64,000 nucleotides of DNA from Escherichia coli (GTDB taxonomy: Bacteria > Pseudomonadota > Gammaproteobacteria > Enterobacterales > Enterobacteriaceae), in the NCBI RefSeq assembly GCF_050320075.1, contig NZ_CP190018.1. The stretch is one strand, 5' to 3'. The position numbers and the translations under genes are program-made. A model generated the notes under the pieces. The model was not told where the DNA came from. It worked only from the letters and a program-made list of their open reading frames with translations, and did not search any database. Below are positions 7,749-17,821 of the stretch, in pieces. Each line of letters opens with the position of its first letter. Position 1 is the first letter of the stretch.

Positions 7749-9520
7749 CAGTAAAACTCCAGAATGGTGGATGTCAGCGGGGTGCTGATACCGGCGGTGA
7801 GTGGCTCATTTAACAGGGCGTGCATGGTTGCCCAGGCGAGGTCGGCGTGGCTGGCTTCCTCGCTGCGGCTGGCCTCATAGGTGGCGCTGCGTCCGCTGCT
7901 GGTTATGGTCTTGCGGATAGCCATAAACGAGCTGGTGATGTCGGTGGCGCTGACGTCATATTCCAGACAGCCACGGCGGATGACGTCTTTTGCCTTGAGC
8001 ACCATTGCGGTTTTCATTTCCGGCGTGTAGCGGATGTCGCGCGCGGCGGGATAGAACGAGCGCACGAGCTGGAACACGCCGACACCGAGGCCGGTGGCAT
8101 CAATACCGATGTATTCGACGTTGTATTTTTCGGTGAGTTTGCGGATGGATTCCGCCTGAGTGGCAAAGTCCATGCCTTTCCACTGGTGACGCTCAAGTAT
8201 TCTGAATTTGCCACCGGCCACCACCGGCGGTGCCAGTACCACGCATCCGGCGCTGTCGCCACGGTGTGACGGGTCGTAACCAATCCATACCGGACGTGAG
8301 CCGAACGGATTGGCGGCAAACGGCGCATAGTCTTCCCATTCTTCCAGCGTGTCGACCATGCAGCGTTGCAGCTCCTCAAACGGGAACACCGATGCCTTGT
8401 CGTCAACAAATTCACACATGAACAGGTTTTTAAAATCGTCGGCGCTGTTTTCGCGTTTGAGCTGCTCAATGTCGAACAATGTGCAGCCGCCTTTCAGGGC
8501 GTCCTCAATGGTGACAATCTGCCGCCACTGGCCGTCCGCACAGAGAAGACCACCGGCAAGGGCGTTATGACTGACGTCGATTTCCACACGTTCGGCGGCG
8601 CTGGCGCGTCCCCGGTTGAACAGTTCACCCGACCAGAACGGGTAGGCGTCGTGCGCCAGCGTGGACGGGGTGGAGAAATAGGTCGAGCGCAGGTGACTCT
8701 GTGAGGCCATACCTGATGCCACCTTACGCAGTACCTGAAAATTCGGGATCCAGAAAATCTCGTCGACGTACAGGTCGCCGTTATGGCTCTGTGCGGTGTT
8801 GGAGTTGGTGCCGAGAAAAATCAGTTTTGCGCCGTTATTGCCCAGGACAATCGGGTCACCGGTCAGGTCAACGTCAACCAGCCGGGCAAAGGCGATGATG
8901 TATTCGCGGAACACATACGCCTGCGTTTTACTGGCCGACAGAAAAATCTGGTTATGACCGGTTTTCAGGGCGCGCAGCAGCGCCTCGCGGGAAAAATAAA
9001 ACGTCGCGCCAATCTGGCGGGATTTCAGGATATCGCGGATGCGGTGCTCAAGCCCGGCGCGATACCAGTGCAACTGATAGTCGAAAGACTGCTCAAAGAA
9101 AATCTGCTCCAGCTTTTCGATGGCCTCGTCACTGAAAAAATTCTTTTTCGGTTTGCGACGCCCGCCTTTGTTGCGGTTAGCAACGTTCGGATTAAGGTCT
9201 GCCTCGTTGCCGGTCTGACTGTAGCGGTTGACCCGCGCCAGTCGTTCAATCTGGCGTCCGAGCAGGTCAATTTCCTTGAAGTCACCGCCGGTTTTCTGCG
9301 GTTTTATGATGAGCTGGGTCAGCCGCGCTTCCAGACTCATTTCGACACGGCTGATGGGGGCAACGCTGTCCCAGCCGTCGCGCTGTTTCCAGCTCTGCAC
9401 CGTCGGGCGTTTCATCTGCAACATGGCGGCAATCTGCGGCACGGAAAACCCCTGCCAGTACAGCTGCGCCGCCTGACGACGCGGGTCGTGTAAAAGAGTG
9501 GTGTCTGTGGTGATGGTCAT
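7748..9520 (-). CDS. P: Terminase large subunit (P2 gpP-like)
   Basis: 590 aa from ATG at 9520 with GAGGT RBS (track ORF starts 30 nt further upstream); divergent from the O-N-M operon as in P2. Confidence 0.9.
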   Translation of the reverse strand: MTITTDTTLLHDPRRQAAQLYWQGFSVPQIAAMLQMKRPTVQSWKQRDGWDSVAPISRVEMSLEARLTQLIIKPQKTGGDFKEIDLLGRQIERLARVNRYSQTGNEADLNPNVANRNKGGRRKPKKNFFSDEAIEKLEQIFFEQSFDYQLHWYRAGLEHRIRDILKSRQIGATFYFSREALLRALKTGHNQIFLSASKTQAYVFREYIIAFARLVDVDLTGDPIVLGNNGAKLIFLGTNSNTAQSHNGDLYVDEIFWIPNFQVLRKVASGMASQSHLRSTYFSTPSTLAHDAYPFWSGELFNRGRASAAERVEIDVSHNALAGGLLCADGQWRQIVTIEDALKGGCTLFDIEQLKRENSADDFKNLFMCEFVDDKASVFPFEELQRCMVDTLEEWEDYAPFAANPFGSRPVWIGYDPSHRGDSAGCVVLAPPVVAGGKFRILERHQWKGMDFATQAESIRKLTEKYNVEYIGIDATGLGVGVFQLVRSFYPAARDIRYTPEMKTAMVLKAKDVIRRGCLEYDVSATDITSSFMAIRKTITSSGRSATYEASRSEEASHADLAWATMHALLNEPLTAGISTPLTSTILEFY

Positions 9521-9693
9521 GAATACCTCGCCGTGATGAATACACGGCAAGGCTACTGAGTCGCGCCCCGCGATTCGCTAAGGTGCTGTTGTGTCAGTGA
9601 TAAGCCATCCGGGACTGATGGCGGAGGATGCGCATCGTCGGGAAACTGATGCCGACATGTGACTCCTCTAATCACTATTCAGGACTCCTGACA

Positions 9694-10548
9694 ATGGCAA
9701 AAAAAGTCTCAAAATTCTTTCGTATCGGCGTTGAGGGTGACACCTGTGACGGGCGTGTCATCAGTGCGCAGGATATTCAGGAAATGGCCGAAACCTTTGA
9801 CCCGCGTGTCTATGGTTGCCGCATTAACCTGGAACATCTGCGCGGCATCCTGCCTGACGGTATTTTTAAGCGTTATGGCGATGTGGCCGAACTGAAGGCC
9901 GAAAAGATTGACGATGATTCGGCGCTGAAAGGCAAATGGGCGCTGTTTGCGAAAATCACCCCGACCGATGACCTTATCGCGATGAACAAGGCCGCGCAGA
10001 AGGTCTATACCTCAATGGAAATTCAGCCGAACTTTGCCAATACAGGCAAATGTTATCTGGTGGGGCTGGCCGTCACCGATGACCCGGCAAGCCTCGGCAC
10101 GGAATACCTGGAATTCTGCCGCACGGCAAAACACAACCCCCTGAACCGCTTCAAATTAAGCCCTGAAAACCTGATTTCAGTGGCAACGCCTGTTGAGCTG
10201 GAATTTGAAGACCTGCCTGAAACCGTGTTCACCGCCCTGACCGAAAAGGTGAAATCCATTTTTGGCCGCAAACAGGCCAGCGATGACGCCCGTCTGAATG
10301 ACGTGCATGAAGCGGTGACCGCTGTTGCTGAACATGTGCAGGAAAAACTGAGCGCCACTGAGCAGCGCCTCGCTGAGATGGAAACCGCCTTTTCTGCACT
10401 TAAGCAGGAGGTGACTGACAGGGCGGATGAAACCAGCCAGGCATTCACCCGCCTGAAAAACAGTCTCGACCACACCGAAAGTCTGACCCAGCAGCGCCGC
10501 AGCAAGGCCACCGGCGGTGGCGGTGACGCACTGATGACGAACTGCTGA
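9694..10548 (+). CDS. O: Capsid scaffolding protein (P2 gpO-like)
   Basis: About 284 aa from internal ATG (MAKKVSKFFRIGVEG...); position between P and N. Confidence 0.85.
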   Translation: MAKKVSKFFRIGVEGDTCDGRVISAQDIQEMAETFDPRVYGCRINLEHLRGILPDGIFKRYGDVAELKAEKIDDDSALKGKWALFAKITPTDDLIAMNKAAQKVYTSMEIQPNFANTGKCYLVGLAVTDDPASLGTEYLEFCRTAKHNPLNRFKLSPENLISVATPVELEFEDLPETVFTALTEKVKSIFGRKQASDDARLNDVHEAVTAVAEHVQEKLSATEQRLAEMETAFSALKQEVTDRADETSQAFTRLKNSLDHTESLTQQRRSKATGGGGDALMTNC

Positions 10549-10609
10549 CCGGAGGCGTCAGTCAGTCCGGGAAAACCTTCACGATTAACTCTTTATTTCA
10601 GGAAAAACT

Positions 10610-11683
10610 ATGCGCCAGGAAACCCGCTTTAAATTTAATGCCTACCTGTCCCGTGTTGCCGAGCTGAACGGCATCGACGCCGGTGATGTGTCGAAAAAAT
10701 TCACCGTTGAACCGTCGGTCACCCAGACCCTGATGAACACCATGCAGGAGTCCTCTGACTTTCTGACCCGCATCAACATTGTGCCGGTCAGCGAAATGAA
10801 AGGGGAAAAAATTGGTATCGGTGTCACCGGCTCCATCGCCAGCACCACCGACACCGCCGGTGGCACCGAGCGTCAGCCGAAGGACTTCTCGAAGCTGGCG
10901 TCTAACAAGTACGAATGCGACCAGATTAACTTCGATTTTTATATCCGCTACAAAACGCTGGACCTGTGGGCGCGTTATCAGGATTTCCAGCTCCGTATCC
11001 GTAACGCCATTATCAAACGCCAGTCCCTTGATTTCATCATGGCCGGTTTTAACGGCGTGAAGCGTGCAGAAACCTCTGACCGCAACAGTAATCCGATGTT
11101 GCAGGATGTGGCGGTCGGCTGGCTGCAGAAATACCGCAATGAAGCCCCGGCGCGTGTGATGAGCAAGGTCACTGACGAGGAAGGTCACACGAACTCTGAG
11201 GTCATCCGCGTGGGTAAGGGCGGTGATTATGCCAGCCTTGATGCACTGGTGATGGATGCGACCAACAACCTGATTGAACCGTGGTATCAGGAAGACCCTG
11301 ACCTTGTGGTGATTGTGGGGCGTCAGCTACTGGCGGACAAGTATTTCCCCATCGTTAACAAGGAGCAGGACAACAGCGAAATGCTGGCCGCTGACGTCAT
11401 CATCAGCCAGAAACGCATCGGTAACCTGCCGGCGGTACGCGTCCCGTACTTCCCGGCGGATGCGATGCTCATCACGAAGCTGGAAAACCTGTCCATCTAC
11501 TACATGGATGACAGCCATCGCCGCGTGATTGTGGAAAACCCGAAACTCGACCGCGTGGAGAACTACGAGTCAATGAACATTGATTACGTGGTGGAAGACT
11601 ACGCCGCCGGTTGTCTGGTGGAAAAAATTAAGGTCGGTGATTTCTCCACACCGGCTAAGGCGACCGCAGAGCCGGGAGCGTAA
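10610..11683 (+). CDS. N: Major capsid protein (P2 gpN-like)
   Basis: 357 aa, P2 N size and position. Confidence 0.9.
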   Translation: MRQETRFKFNAYLSRVAELNGIDAGDVSKKFTVEPSVTQTLMNTMQESSDFLTRINIVPVSEMKGEKIGIGVTGSIASTTDTAGGTERQPKDFSKLASNKYECDQINFDFYIRYKTLDLWARYQDFQLRIRNAIIKRQSLDFIMAGFNGVKRAETSDRNSNPMLQDVAVGWLQKYRNEAPARVMSKVTDEEGHTNSEVIRVGKGGDYASLDALVMDATNNLIEPWYQEDPDLVVIVGRQLLADKYFPIVNKEQDNSEMLAADVIISQKRIGNLPAVRVPYFPADAMLITKLENLSIYYMDDSHRRVIVENPKLDRVENYESMNIDYVVEDYAAGCLVEKIKVGDFSTPAKATAEPGA

Positions 11684-11686
11684 CCG

Positions 11687-12430
11687 ATGACGAGTCCCGC
11701 ACAGCGCCACATGATGCGGGTCTCGGCAGCGATGACCGCGCAGCGGGAAGCCGCCCCGCTGCGACATGCAACTGTCTATGAGCAGATGCTGGTCAAGCTG
11801 GCCGCAGACCAGCGCACACTGAAAGCGATTTATTCAAAAGAGCTGAAGGCCGCGAAAAAGCGCGAACTGCTGCCGTTCTGGTTGCCGTGGGTGAACGGCG
11901 TGCTGGAGCAGGGCAAAGGCGCACAGGATGACATTCTGATGACGGTCATGCTGTGGCGTCTGGATACCGGCGATATTGCCGGTGCGCTGGAGATTGCCCG
12001 TTATGCCCTGAAATACGGTCTGACCATGCCGGGTAAACACCGCCGCACCCCGCCGTATATGTTCACCGAGGAGGTCGCGCTCGCGGCCATGCGCGCCCAC
12101 GCGGCCGGTGAGTCTGTGGATACCCGCCTGCTGACGGAGACCCTTGAACTGACTGCCGCTGCTGACATGCCTGATGAAGTGCGTGCAAAGCTGCACAAAA
12201 TCACCGGTCTGTTTCTGCGTGACGGTGGTGATGCCGCCGGTGCGCTGGCTCACCTGCAACGTGCGACACAGCTCGACTGTCAGGCAGGCGTCAAAAAAGA
12301 GATTGAGCGACTGGAGCGGGAGCTGAAACCTAAGCCGGAGCCGCAACCCAAAGCGGCCACCCGTGCCACGCGTAAGACCCGGAGCGTGACACCGGCAAAA
12401 CGTGGACGCCCGAAAAAGAAAGCCAGTTAA
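11687..12430 (+). CDS. M: Terminase small/endonuclease subunit (P2 gpM-like)
   Basis: 247 aa, P2 M size and position. Confidence 0.85.
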   Translation: MTSPAQRHMMRVSAAMTAQREAAPLRHATVYEQMLVKLAADQRTLKAIYSKELKAAKKRELLPFWLPWVNGVLEQGKGAQDDILMTVMLWRLDTGDIAGALEIARYALKYGLTMPGKHRRTPPYMFTEEVALAAMRAHAAGESVDTRLLTETLELTAAADMPDEVRAKLHKITGLFLRDGGDAAGALAHLQRATQLDCQAGVKKEIERLERELKPKPEPQPKAATRATRKTRSVTPAKRGRPKKKAS

Positions 12431-12529
12431 CAACCGAATGCGCCCCGCGCCAGGGCGGCACGCCGGTCAGTGAGGGTGAATCACCTGACACTGCACCGGC
12501 GTCCACCGCCCGACTTTTCAGAGGTAGTC

Positions 12530-13039
12530 ATGATGACGCTGATTATTCCGCGAAAGGAGGCTCCCGTGTCCGGTGAGGGTACGGTGGTCATCCCGCAACC
12601 GGCAGGCGACGAGCCGGTGATTAAAAACACGTTCTTTTTTCCCGATATCGACCCGAAGCGCGTCCGGGAACGTATGCGCCTTGAGCAGACCGTCGCCCCC
12701 GCCCGTCTGCGTGAGGCCATCAAGTCAGGCATGGCGGAGACGAATGCGGAGCTGTACGAGTACCGCGAACAGAAAATTGCCGCCGGTTTTACGCGTCTGG
12801 CGGACGTCCCGGCGGACGATATCGACGGTGAAAGCATCAGGGTTTTTTACTACGAGCGCGCCGTGTGTGCGATGGCGACCGCGTCGCTTTATGAGCGTTA
12901 CCGCGGCGTGGATGCCAGTGCGAAAGGCGACAAAAAGGCTGACAGCATTGACAGCACCATTGATGAATTGTGGCGGGATATGCGCTGGGCGGTGGCGCGT
13001 ATCCAGGACAAGCCGCGCTGCATCGTGAGTCAAATCTGA
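12530..13039 (+). CDS. L: Head completion/stabilisation protein (P2 gpL-like)
   Basis: 169 aa from ATG at 12530 with GAGGT RBS (track ORF uses upstream GTG). Confidence 0.85.
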   Translation: MMTLIIPRKEAPVSGEGTVVIPQPAGDEPVIKNTFFFPDIDPKRVRERMRLEQTVAPARLREAIKSGMAETNAELYEYREQKIAAGFTRLADVPADDIDGESIRVFYYERAVCAMATASLYERYRGVDASAKGDKKADSIDSTIDELWRDMRWAVARIQDKPRCIVSQI

Positions 13040-13242
13040 TGAAGACCTTTGCGCTACAGGGCGACACGCTCGACGCCATTTGTGTCCGGTATTACGGGCG
13101 CACTGAGGGCGTGGTTGAGACCGTGCTTGCCGCAAATCCGGGACTGGCTGAACTGGGTGCGGTGCTGCCGCACGGCACCGCCGTCGAACTGCCCGACGTT
13201 CAGGCCGCGCCCGTGGCTGAAACTGTCAATCTGTGGGAGTAA
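13039..13242 (+). CDS. X: Tail protein X (P2 gpX-like)
   Basis: 67 aa MKTFALQGDTLDAICVRYYG...; start overlaps L stop (TGATG). Confidence 0.8.
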   Translation: MKTFALQGDTLDAICVRYYGRTEGVVETVLAANPGLAELGAVLPHGTAVELPDVQAAPVAETVNLWE

Positions 13243-13245
13243 CGC

Positions 13246-13527
13246 ATGACAGCAGAAGAAAAAAGCGTCCTGTCGCTTTTCATGATTGGGGTGCTGATTG
13301 TTGTCGGCAAGGTGCTTGCCGGTGGTGAACCCATCACCCCGCGTCTGTTTATCGGGCGCATGTTGCTCGGTGGTTTTGTCTCGATGGTTGCCGGTGTTGT
13401 TCTGGTGCAGTTTCCTGACCTGTCACTGCCTGCGGTGTGCGGCATCGGCTCCATGCTGGGTATCGCCGGTTATCAGGTGATTGAGATTGCCATTCAGCGC
13501 CGCTTTAAGGGCAGGGGGAAACCGTAA
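13246..13527 (+). CDS. Y: Holin (P2 gpY-like)
   Basis: 93 aa, hydrophobic helices, first gene of lysis cassette. Confidence 0.8.
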   Translation: MTAEEKSVLSLFMIGVLIVVGKVLAGGEPITPRLFIGRMLLGGFVSMVAGVVLVQFPDLSLPAVCGIGSMLGIAGYQVIEIAIQRRFKGRGKP

Positions 13528-14024
13528 TGCCGGTAATTAACACGCATCAGAATATCGCCGCCTTTCTCGACATGCTGGCCGTGTCCGAAGGGACGGCGAA
13601 TCACCCGCTGACGAAAAGCCGGGGTTATGACGTGATAGTCACCGGAGTGGACGGAAAGCCGGAAATTTTCACCGACTACAGTGACCACCCGTTCGCGCAT
13701 GGCCGACCGGCGAAGGTGTTTAACCGTCGCGGTGAAAAATCCACGGCCTCCGGTCGCTATCAGCAGCTTTACCTGTTCTGGCCGCACTACCGCAAACAGC
13801 TTGCCCTGCCGGATTTCAGTCCGTTGTCACAGGACAGACTCGCCATTCAGTTGATCCGCGAACGCGGTGCGCTGGATGACATCCGGGCGGGACGCATTGA
13901 GCGCGCCATTTCACGCTGTCGCAATATCTGGGCGTCCCTGCCGGGTGCCGGTTACGGTCAGCGTGAGCATTCACTGGAAAAACTGGTCACCGTCTGGCGT
14001 ACCGCTGGCGGCGTACCGGCTTAA
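13527..14024 (+). CDS. K: Endolysin / lysozyme (P2 gpK-like)
   Basis: 165 aa, P2 K size and position. Confidence 0.85.
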   Translation: MPVINTHQNIAAFLDMLAVSEGTANHPLTKSRGYDVIVTGVDGKPEIFTDYSDHPFAHGRPAKVFNRRGEKSTASGRYQQLYLFWPHYRKQLALPDFSPLSQDRLAIQLIRERGALDDIRAGRIERAISRCRNIWASLPGAGYGQREHSLEKLVTVWRTAGGVPA

Positions 14025-14038
14025 ACGGAGTAAACACC

Positions 14039-14464
14039 ATGAAGAAATTATCCCTTTCACTGATGCTGAACGTGTTGCTGGCGCTGATGCTGGCACTGTC
14101 CCTGATTTACCCGCAGAGCGTGGCCGTCAGTTTTGTCGCTGCCTGGGCGATTCTGGCGACGGTTATCTGTGTGGTTGCCGGTGGTGTCGGCGTGTATGCC
14201 ACTGAGTATGTACTTGAACGCTACGGGCGGGAGCTGCCGCCGGAATCGCTGGCCGTGAAGATTGTCACGGCGCTGTTTTTGCAGCCGGTGCCGTGGCGCA
14301 GGCGGGCGGCGGCTCTGGTGGTGATGGTGGCGACGTTTATCTCGCTGGTCGCTGCCGGGTGGATTTTTACCGCGCTGATTTATCTCGTGGCGTCGCTGTT
14401 TTTCCGGCTGATACGTAAAGCCTGTCGTCAGCGTTTTGAGGGGCGGGAACCATGTCAAAGCTGA
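14039..14464 (+). CDS. lysA: Lysis-timing membrane protein (P2 LysA-like)
   Basis: 141 aa, multiple TM segments, position after K. Confidence 0.75.
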   Translation: MKKLSLSLMLNVLLALMLALSLIYPQSVAVSFVAAWAILATVICVVAGGVGVYATEYVLERYGRELPPESLAVKIVTALFLQPVPWRRRAAALVVMVATFISLVAAGWIFTALIYLVASLFFRLIRKACRQRFEGREPCQS

Positions 14465-14877
14465 TGACTGTGCTGGTTGTGTTGTTATCACTGGCGGTGG
14501 CCGGTCTGTTTCTGGTGAAACATAAAAATGCCACCCTGCGCACCTCACTGGACAGGGCGAACAACGTCGCCAGTGAACAGCAGACGACCATCACCATGCT
14601 GAAAAATCAGCTTCATGTTGCGCTCACCAGGGCAGACAAAAACGAGCTGGCGCAGGTGACTCTGCGTCAGGAACTGGAAAACGCCGCGAAGCGTGAAGCA
14701 CAGCGCGAGAAAACCATCACGAGATTACTCAATGAAAACGAAGATTTTCGCCGCTGGTACGGTGCTGACCTGCCTGATGCTGTGCGCCGGTTGCACCAGC
14801 GCCCCGCCTGCACTGACGCCAGTGATTGTCCACAACGCCTGCCCGAAAGTGAGCCTTTGCCCGATGCCGGGCAGTGA
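14452..14877 (+). CDS. lysB: i-spanin (P2 LysB-like)
   Basis: 141 aa with N-terminal TM and coiled-coil, position. Confidence 0.75.
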   Translation: MSKLMTVLVVLLSLAVAGLFLVKHKNATLRTSLDRANNVASEQQTTITMLKNQLHVALTRADKNELAQVTLRQELENAAKREAQREKTITRLLNENEDFRRWYGADLPDAVRRLHQRPACTDASDCPQRLPESEPLPDAGQ

Positions 14878-15022
14878 CCCGCAGACGAACGGCGATTTAA
14901 GTGCTGATATCCGGCAGCTTGAGAACGCGCTGGCACGCTGTGCCAGCCAGGTAAAAATGATTAAACACTGTCAGGACGAAAACGATGCTCAAACCCGACA
15001 GCCTGCGCAGGGCGCTGACTGA
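14732..15022 (+). CDS. lysC: o-spanin lipoprotein (P2 LysC-like), starts in +1 frame inside lysB
   Basis: MKTKIFAAGTVLTCLMLCAGC lipobox signal; overlapping-gene arrangement typical of spanin pairs. Confidence 0.65.
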   Translation: MKTKIFAAGTVLTCLMLCAGCTSAPPALTPVIVHNACPKVSLCPMPGSDPQTNGDLSADIRQLENALARCASQVKMIKHCQDENDAQTRQPAQGAD

Positions 15023-15452
15023 TGCCGTCACGGTGCTGAAAACCAGTCCCGATATGCTGCGGATATTCGTGGATAACGGGAGTATTGCCTCCACGCTGGC
15101 GGCGTCGTTGTCATTCGAAAAGCGTTACACGCTCAATGTGATTGTGACCGACTTTACCGGTGATTTTGACCTGCTCATCGTGCCGGTGCTGGCGTGGCTG
15201 CGGGAAAATCAGCCCGACATCATGACCACCGACGCAGGCCAGAAAAAGGGCTTCACGTTTTATGCAGACATCAACAATGACAGCAGCTTTGATATCAGCA
15301 TCAGCCTGATGCTGACCGAGCGCACGCTGGTCAGTGAGGTTGACGGCGCACTGCATGTGAAGAATATCCCGGAACCCCCGCCGCCGGAGCCGGTCAACCG
15401 CCCGATGGAGCTTTATATCAATGGCGAACTGGTGAGCAAGTGGGATGAATGA
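14985..15452 (+). CDS. R: Tail completion protein (P2 gpR-like)
   Basis: 155 aa, size and position. Confidence 0.85.
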   Translation: MLKPDSLRRALTDAVTVLKTSPDMLRIFVDNGSIASTLAASLSFEKRYTLNVIVTDFTGDFDLLIVPVLAWLRENQPDIMTTDAGQKKGFTFYADINNDSSFDISISLMLTERTLVSEVDGALHVKNIPEPPPPEPVNRPMELYINGELVSKWDE

Positions 15453-15897
15453 GTTTAAGCGTTTTGAAGACCGGCTGACCGGACTGATTGAGTCGCTGTC
15501 ACCGTCAGGGCGTCGGCGACTGAGTGCCGAACTGGCGAAGCGCCTGCGGCAGAGTCAGCAGCGTCGGGTGATGGCACAGAAAGCCCCGGACGGCACACCC
15601 TACGCGCCACGCCAGCAGCAGAGCGCCAGAAAAAAGACTGGTCGTGTTAAGCGAAAAATGTTTGCGAAACTTATCACCAGTCGTTTTTTGCATATCCGCG
15701 CCAGCCCGGAGCAGGCATCAATGGAATTTTACGGCGGAAAGTCGCCGAAAATCGCCAGTGTGCATCAGTTTGGTCTGTCGGAAGAAAACCGGAAAGACGG
15801 TAAGAAAATTGATTATCCGGCGCGTCCTCTGCTCGGCTTTACCGGTGAGGATGTGCAGATGATTGAAGAGATTATCCTGGCTCACCTTGAGCGTTAG
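15445..15897 (+). CDS. S: Tail completion protein (P2 gpS-like)
   Basis: 150 aa, size and position. Confidence 0.85.
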   Translation: MNEFKRFEDRLTGLIESLSPSGRRRLSAELAKRLRQSQQRRVMAQKAPDGTPYAPRQQQSARKKTGRVKRKMFAKLITSRFLHIRASPEQASMEFYGGKSPKIASVHQFGLSEENRKDGKKIDYPARPLLGFTGEDVQMIEEIILAHLER

Positions 15898-15930
15898 TTT
15901 TATCCAGGCAGAGGCTGATGCGCAATTAAG

Positions 15931-15962
15931 CATTGAGCGGCCGTGCTGGTCGCTCAATATTT
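15931..15962. terminator. Bidirectional stem-loop between convergent S and the reverse-oriented cargo gene
   Basis: Perfect 8-bp inverted repeat attgagcg...cgctcaat with 10-nt loop. Confidence 0.45.
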
Positions 15963-15968
15963 AGAGGT

Positions 15969-16754
15969 TTATGAGTGGTTTTTATTTGATGCTTTGTATT
16001 CTAAAACCTTCTTATTGGCGTAAAGGAATTTTGTATATGACAGGAATATAAGCAGACCTGAAATGAAATAGGTTAGGGATATTATTAATAATGTTTTTTT
16101 GTAGCTGTTATTATCTTTAATCTCCTGACTTAACCATTCGGAGTCCTCCTTGTTTAGCTGTAAGAGCTTATTGCAGGCGATCTCGGGAAGTGTGTCTTTT
16201 ATAAATACGTTTTGCAGACTCTTGCAATCGGCAAGGCTATAAGTTTTATTAAATTCAACCGTTTTATTTTTGAAGGATAAAAGAACTTTGTCACTATAAA
16301 CATAGTACATCATATTTTTATATGGTATACCTATGGCATCCCTTACTATAGCGGATTGTTCATTGTGTATATAACATGCGAAGAGAATATAAATAATACT
16401 GGCCAGAATTACAATTGTTGTTTTAATTATGTGTGGTGGTTTTGTTATGTCACCCCAGAAGCGAGTAAGGAAAAAATACGATGTTTTTAGTTTTCCATCA
16501 ATCAGCCCCTGCTGTATCATTCTCACATCTTCGATGCCTGATACATTGATTCCGTTAATTATTTTAAATAGTTGAATGTCGCGCCATTTTTTGTCGAGCA
16601 TTTTTAACTTTCTGTCTGAATACTCAAGATTGAAATGATGTGCAATAAACCTCATAAGATTACTTTTACCAAAGGTAACAAATGTTAATGCTATTAATAA
16701 AAATAGATACAAAGAGATAAACCACCACGCATTAGTCACATTATCACTGAACAT
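15969..16754 (-). CDS. Integral membrane protein, 261 aa, three predicted TM helices, reverse-oriented moron between S and V (cargo)
   Basis: ORF track; GAGGAG RBS 6 nt upstream of ATG; very AT-rich; opposite strand to the flanking late operon. Confidence 0.7.
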   Translation of the reverse strand: MFSDNVTNAWWFISLYLFLLIALTFVTFGKSNLMRFIAHHFNLEYSDRKLKMLDKKWRDIQLFKIINGINVSGIEDVRMIQQGLIDGKLKTSYFFLTRFWGDITKPPHIIKTTIVILASIIYILFACYIHNEQSAIVRDAIGIPYKNMMYYVYSDKVLLSFKNKTVEFNKTYSLADCKSLQNVFIKDTLPEIACNKLLQLNKEDSEWLSQEIKDNNSYKKTLLIISLTYFISGLLIFLSYTKFLYANKKVLEYKASNKNHS

Positions 16755-16837
16755 TACGCTCTCCTCGAATGTTGTATGGTCGTTCTACAAATGAATCCAG
16801 ATAGCATAACTTTTATATATTGTGCAATCTCACACGC

Positions 16838-17473
16838 ATGAACACTCTCGCAAATATTCAGGAACTCGCGCGCGCACTGCGCAACATGATCCGCACCGGC
16901 ATTATCGTCGAAACCGACCTTAATGCCGGTCGCTGCCGTGTGCAGACCGGCGGCATGTGCACCGACTGGCTTCAGTGGCTGACCCATCGCGCCGGGCGTT
17001 CGCGCACATGGTGGGCACCTTCCGTGGGGGAACAGGTGCTGATTCTGGCCGTGGGTGGTGAACTCGACACGGCGTTCGTTCTGCCGGGGATTTATTCCGG
17101 CGATAACCCCGCGCCGTCTGCGTCGGCGGATGCCCTGCATATCCGTTTCCCTGACGGGGCGGTGATTGAGTATGAACCTGAAACCAGCGCGCTCACGGTA
17201 AGCGGAGTTAAAACGGCCAGCGTGACGGCTTCTGATTCTGTTACTGCCACGGTGCCGGTGGTCATGGTGAAAGCATCAACCCGCATCACCCTGGACACAC
17301 CGGAGGTGGTCTGCACCAACAGGCTGATTACCGGCACGCTGGAAGTGCAGAAGGGCGGGACGATGCGCGGCAACATTGAACACACCGGCGGTGAGCTCTC
17401 ATCAAACGGTAAGGTACTGCATACCCATAAACACCCCGGCGACAGCGGCGGCACAACCGGGGGACCTCTATGA
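16838..17473 (+). CDS. V: Baseplate spike protein (P2 gpV-like)
   Basis: 211 aa from ATG at 16838 (MNTLANIQELARAL...); track ORF begins at an upstream TTG. Confidence 0.85.
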   Translation: MNTLANIQELARALRNMIRTGIIVETDLNAGRCRVQTGGMCTDWLQWLTHRAGRSRTWWAPSVGEQVLILAVGGELDTAFVLPGIYSGDNPAPSASADALHIRFPDGAVIEYEPETSALTVSGVKTASVTASDSVTATVPVVMVKASTRITLDTPEVVCTNRLITGTLEVQKGGTMRGNIEHTGGELSSNGKVLHTHKHPGDSGGTTGGPL

Positions 17474-17817
17474 CTGCGCGTTATCTCGGAATGAATCGCA
17501 GTGATGGCCTGACTGTCACTGACCTTGAGCATATCAGCCAGAGTATCGGCGATATCCTGCGTACCCCCGTCGGCTCACGGGTGATGCGTCGTGATTACGG
17601 CTCGTTGCTGGCGTCAATGATTGACCAGCCGCAGACCCCGGCGCTTGAGTTGCAGATTAAGGTCGCCTGTTACATGGCAGTGCTGAAATGGGAACCCCGC
17701 GTCACCCTGTCATCCGTCACCACGGCGCGCAGTTTTGACGGGCGAATGACGGTCACGTTAACCGGTCAGCACAACGACACCGGCCAGCCACTTTCGTTAA
17801 CCATCCCTGTGAGTTGA
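17470..17817 (+). CDS. W: Baseplate protein (P2 gpW-like)
   Basis: 115 aa, size and position. Confidence 0.85.
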   Translation: MTARYLGMNRSDGLTVTDLEHISQSIGDILRTPVGSRVMRRDYGSLLASMIDQPQTPALELQIKVACYMAVLKWEPRVTLSSVTTARSFDGRMTVTLTGQHNDTGQPLSLTIPVS

Positions 17818-17821
17818 AACC

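Noticed and set aside
9521-9693. Late-promoter dyads (TGT-N12-ACA) in the divergent P/O intergenic region and upstream of V
   Set aside because: Only near-matches (N11 or N14 spacing) found by eye; not confident enough to annotate.
16754-17140. 128-aa minus-strand ORF overlapping the start of gene V
   Set aside because: Arg/Gly/Pro-rich antisense product of GC-rich gene V; the real minus-strand gene ends at 16754.
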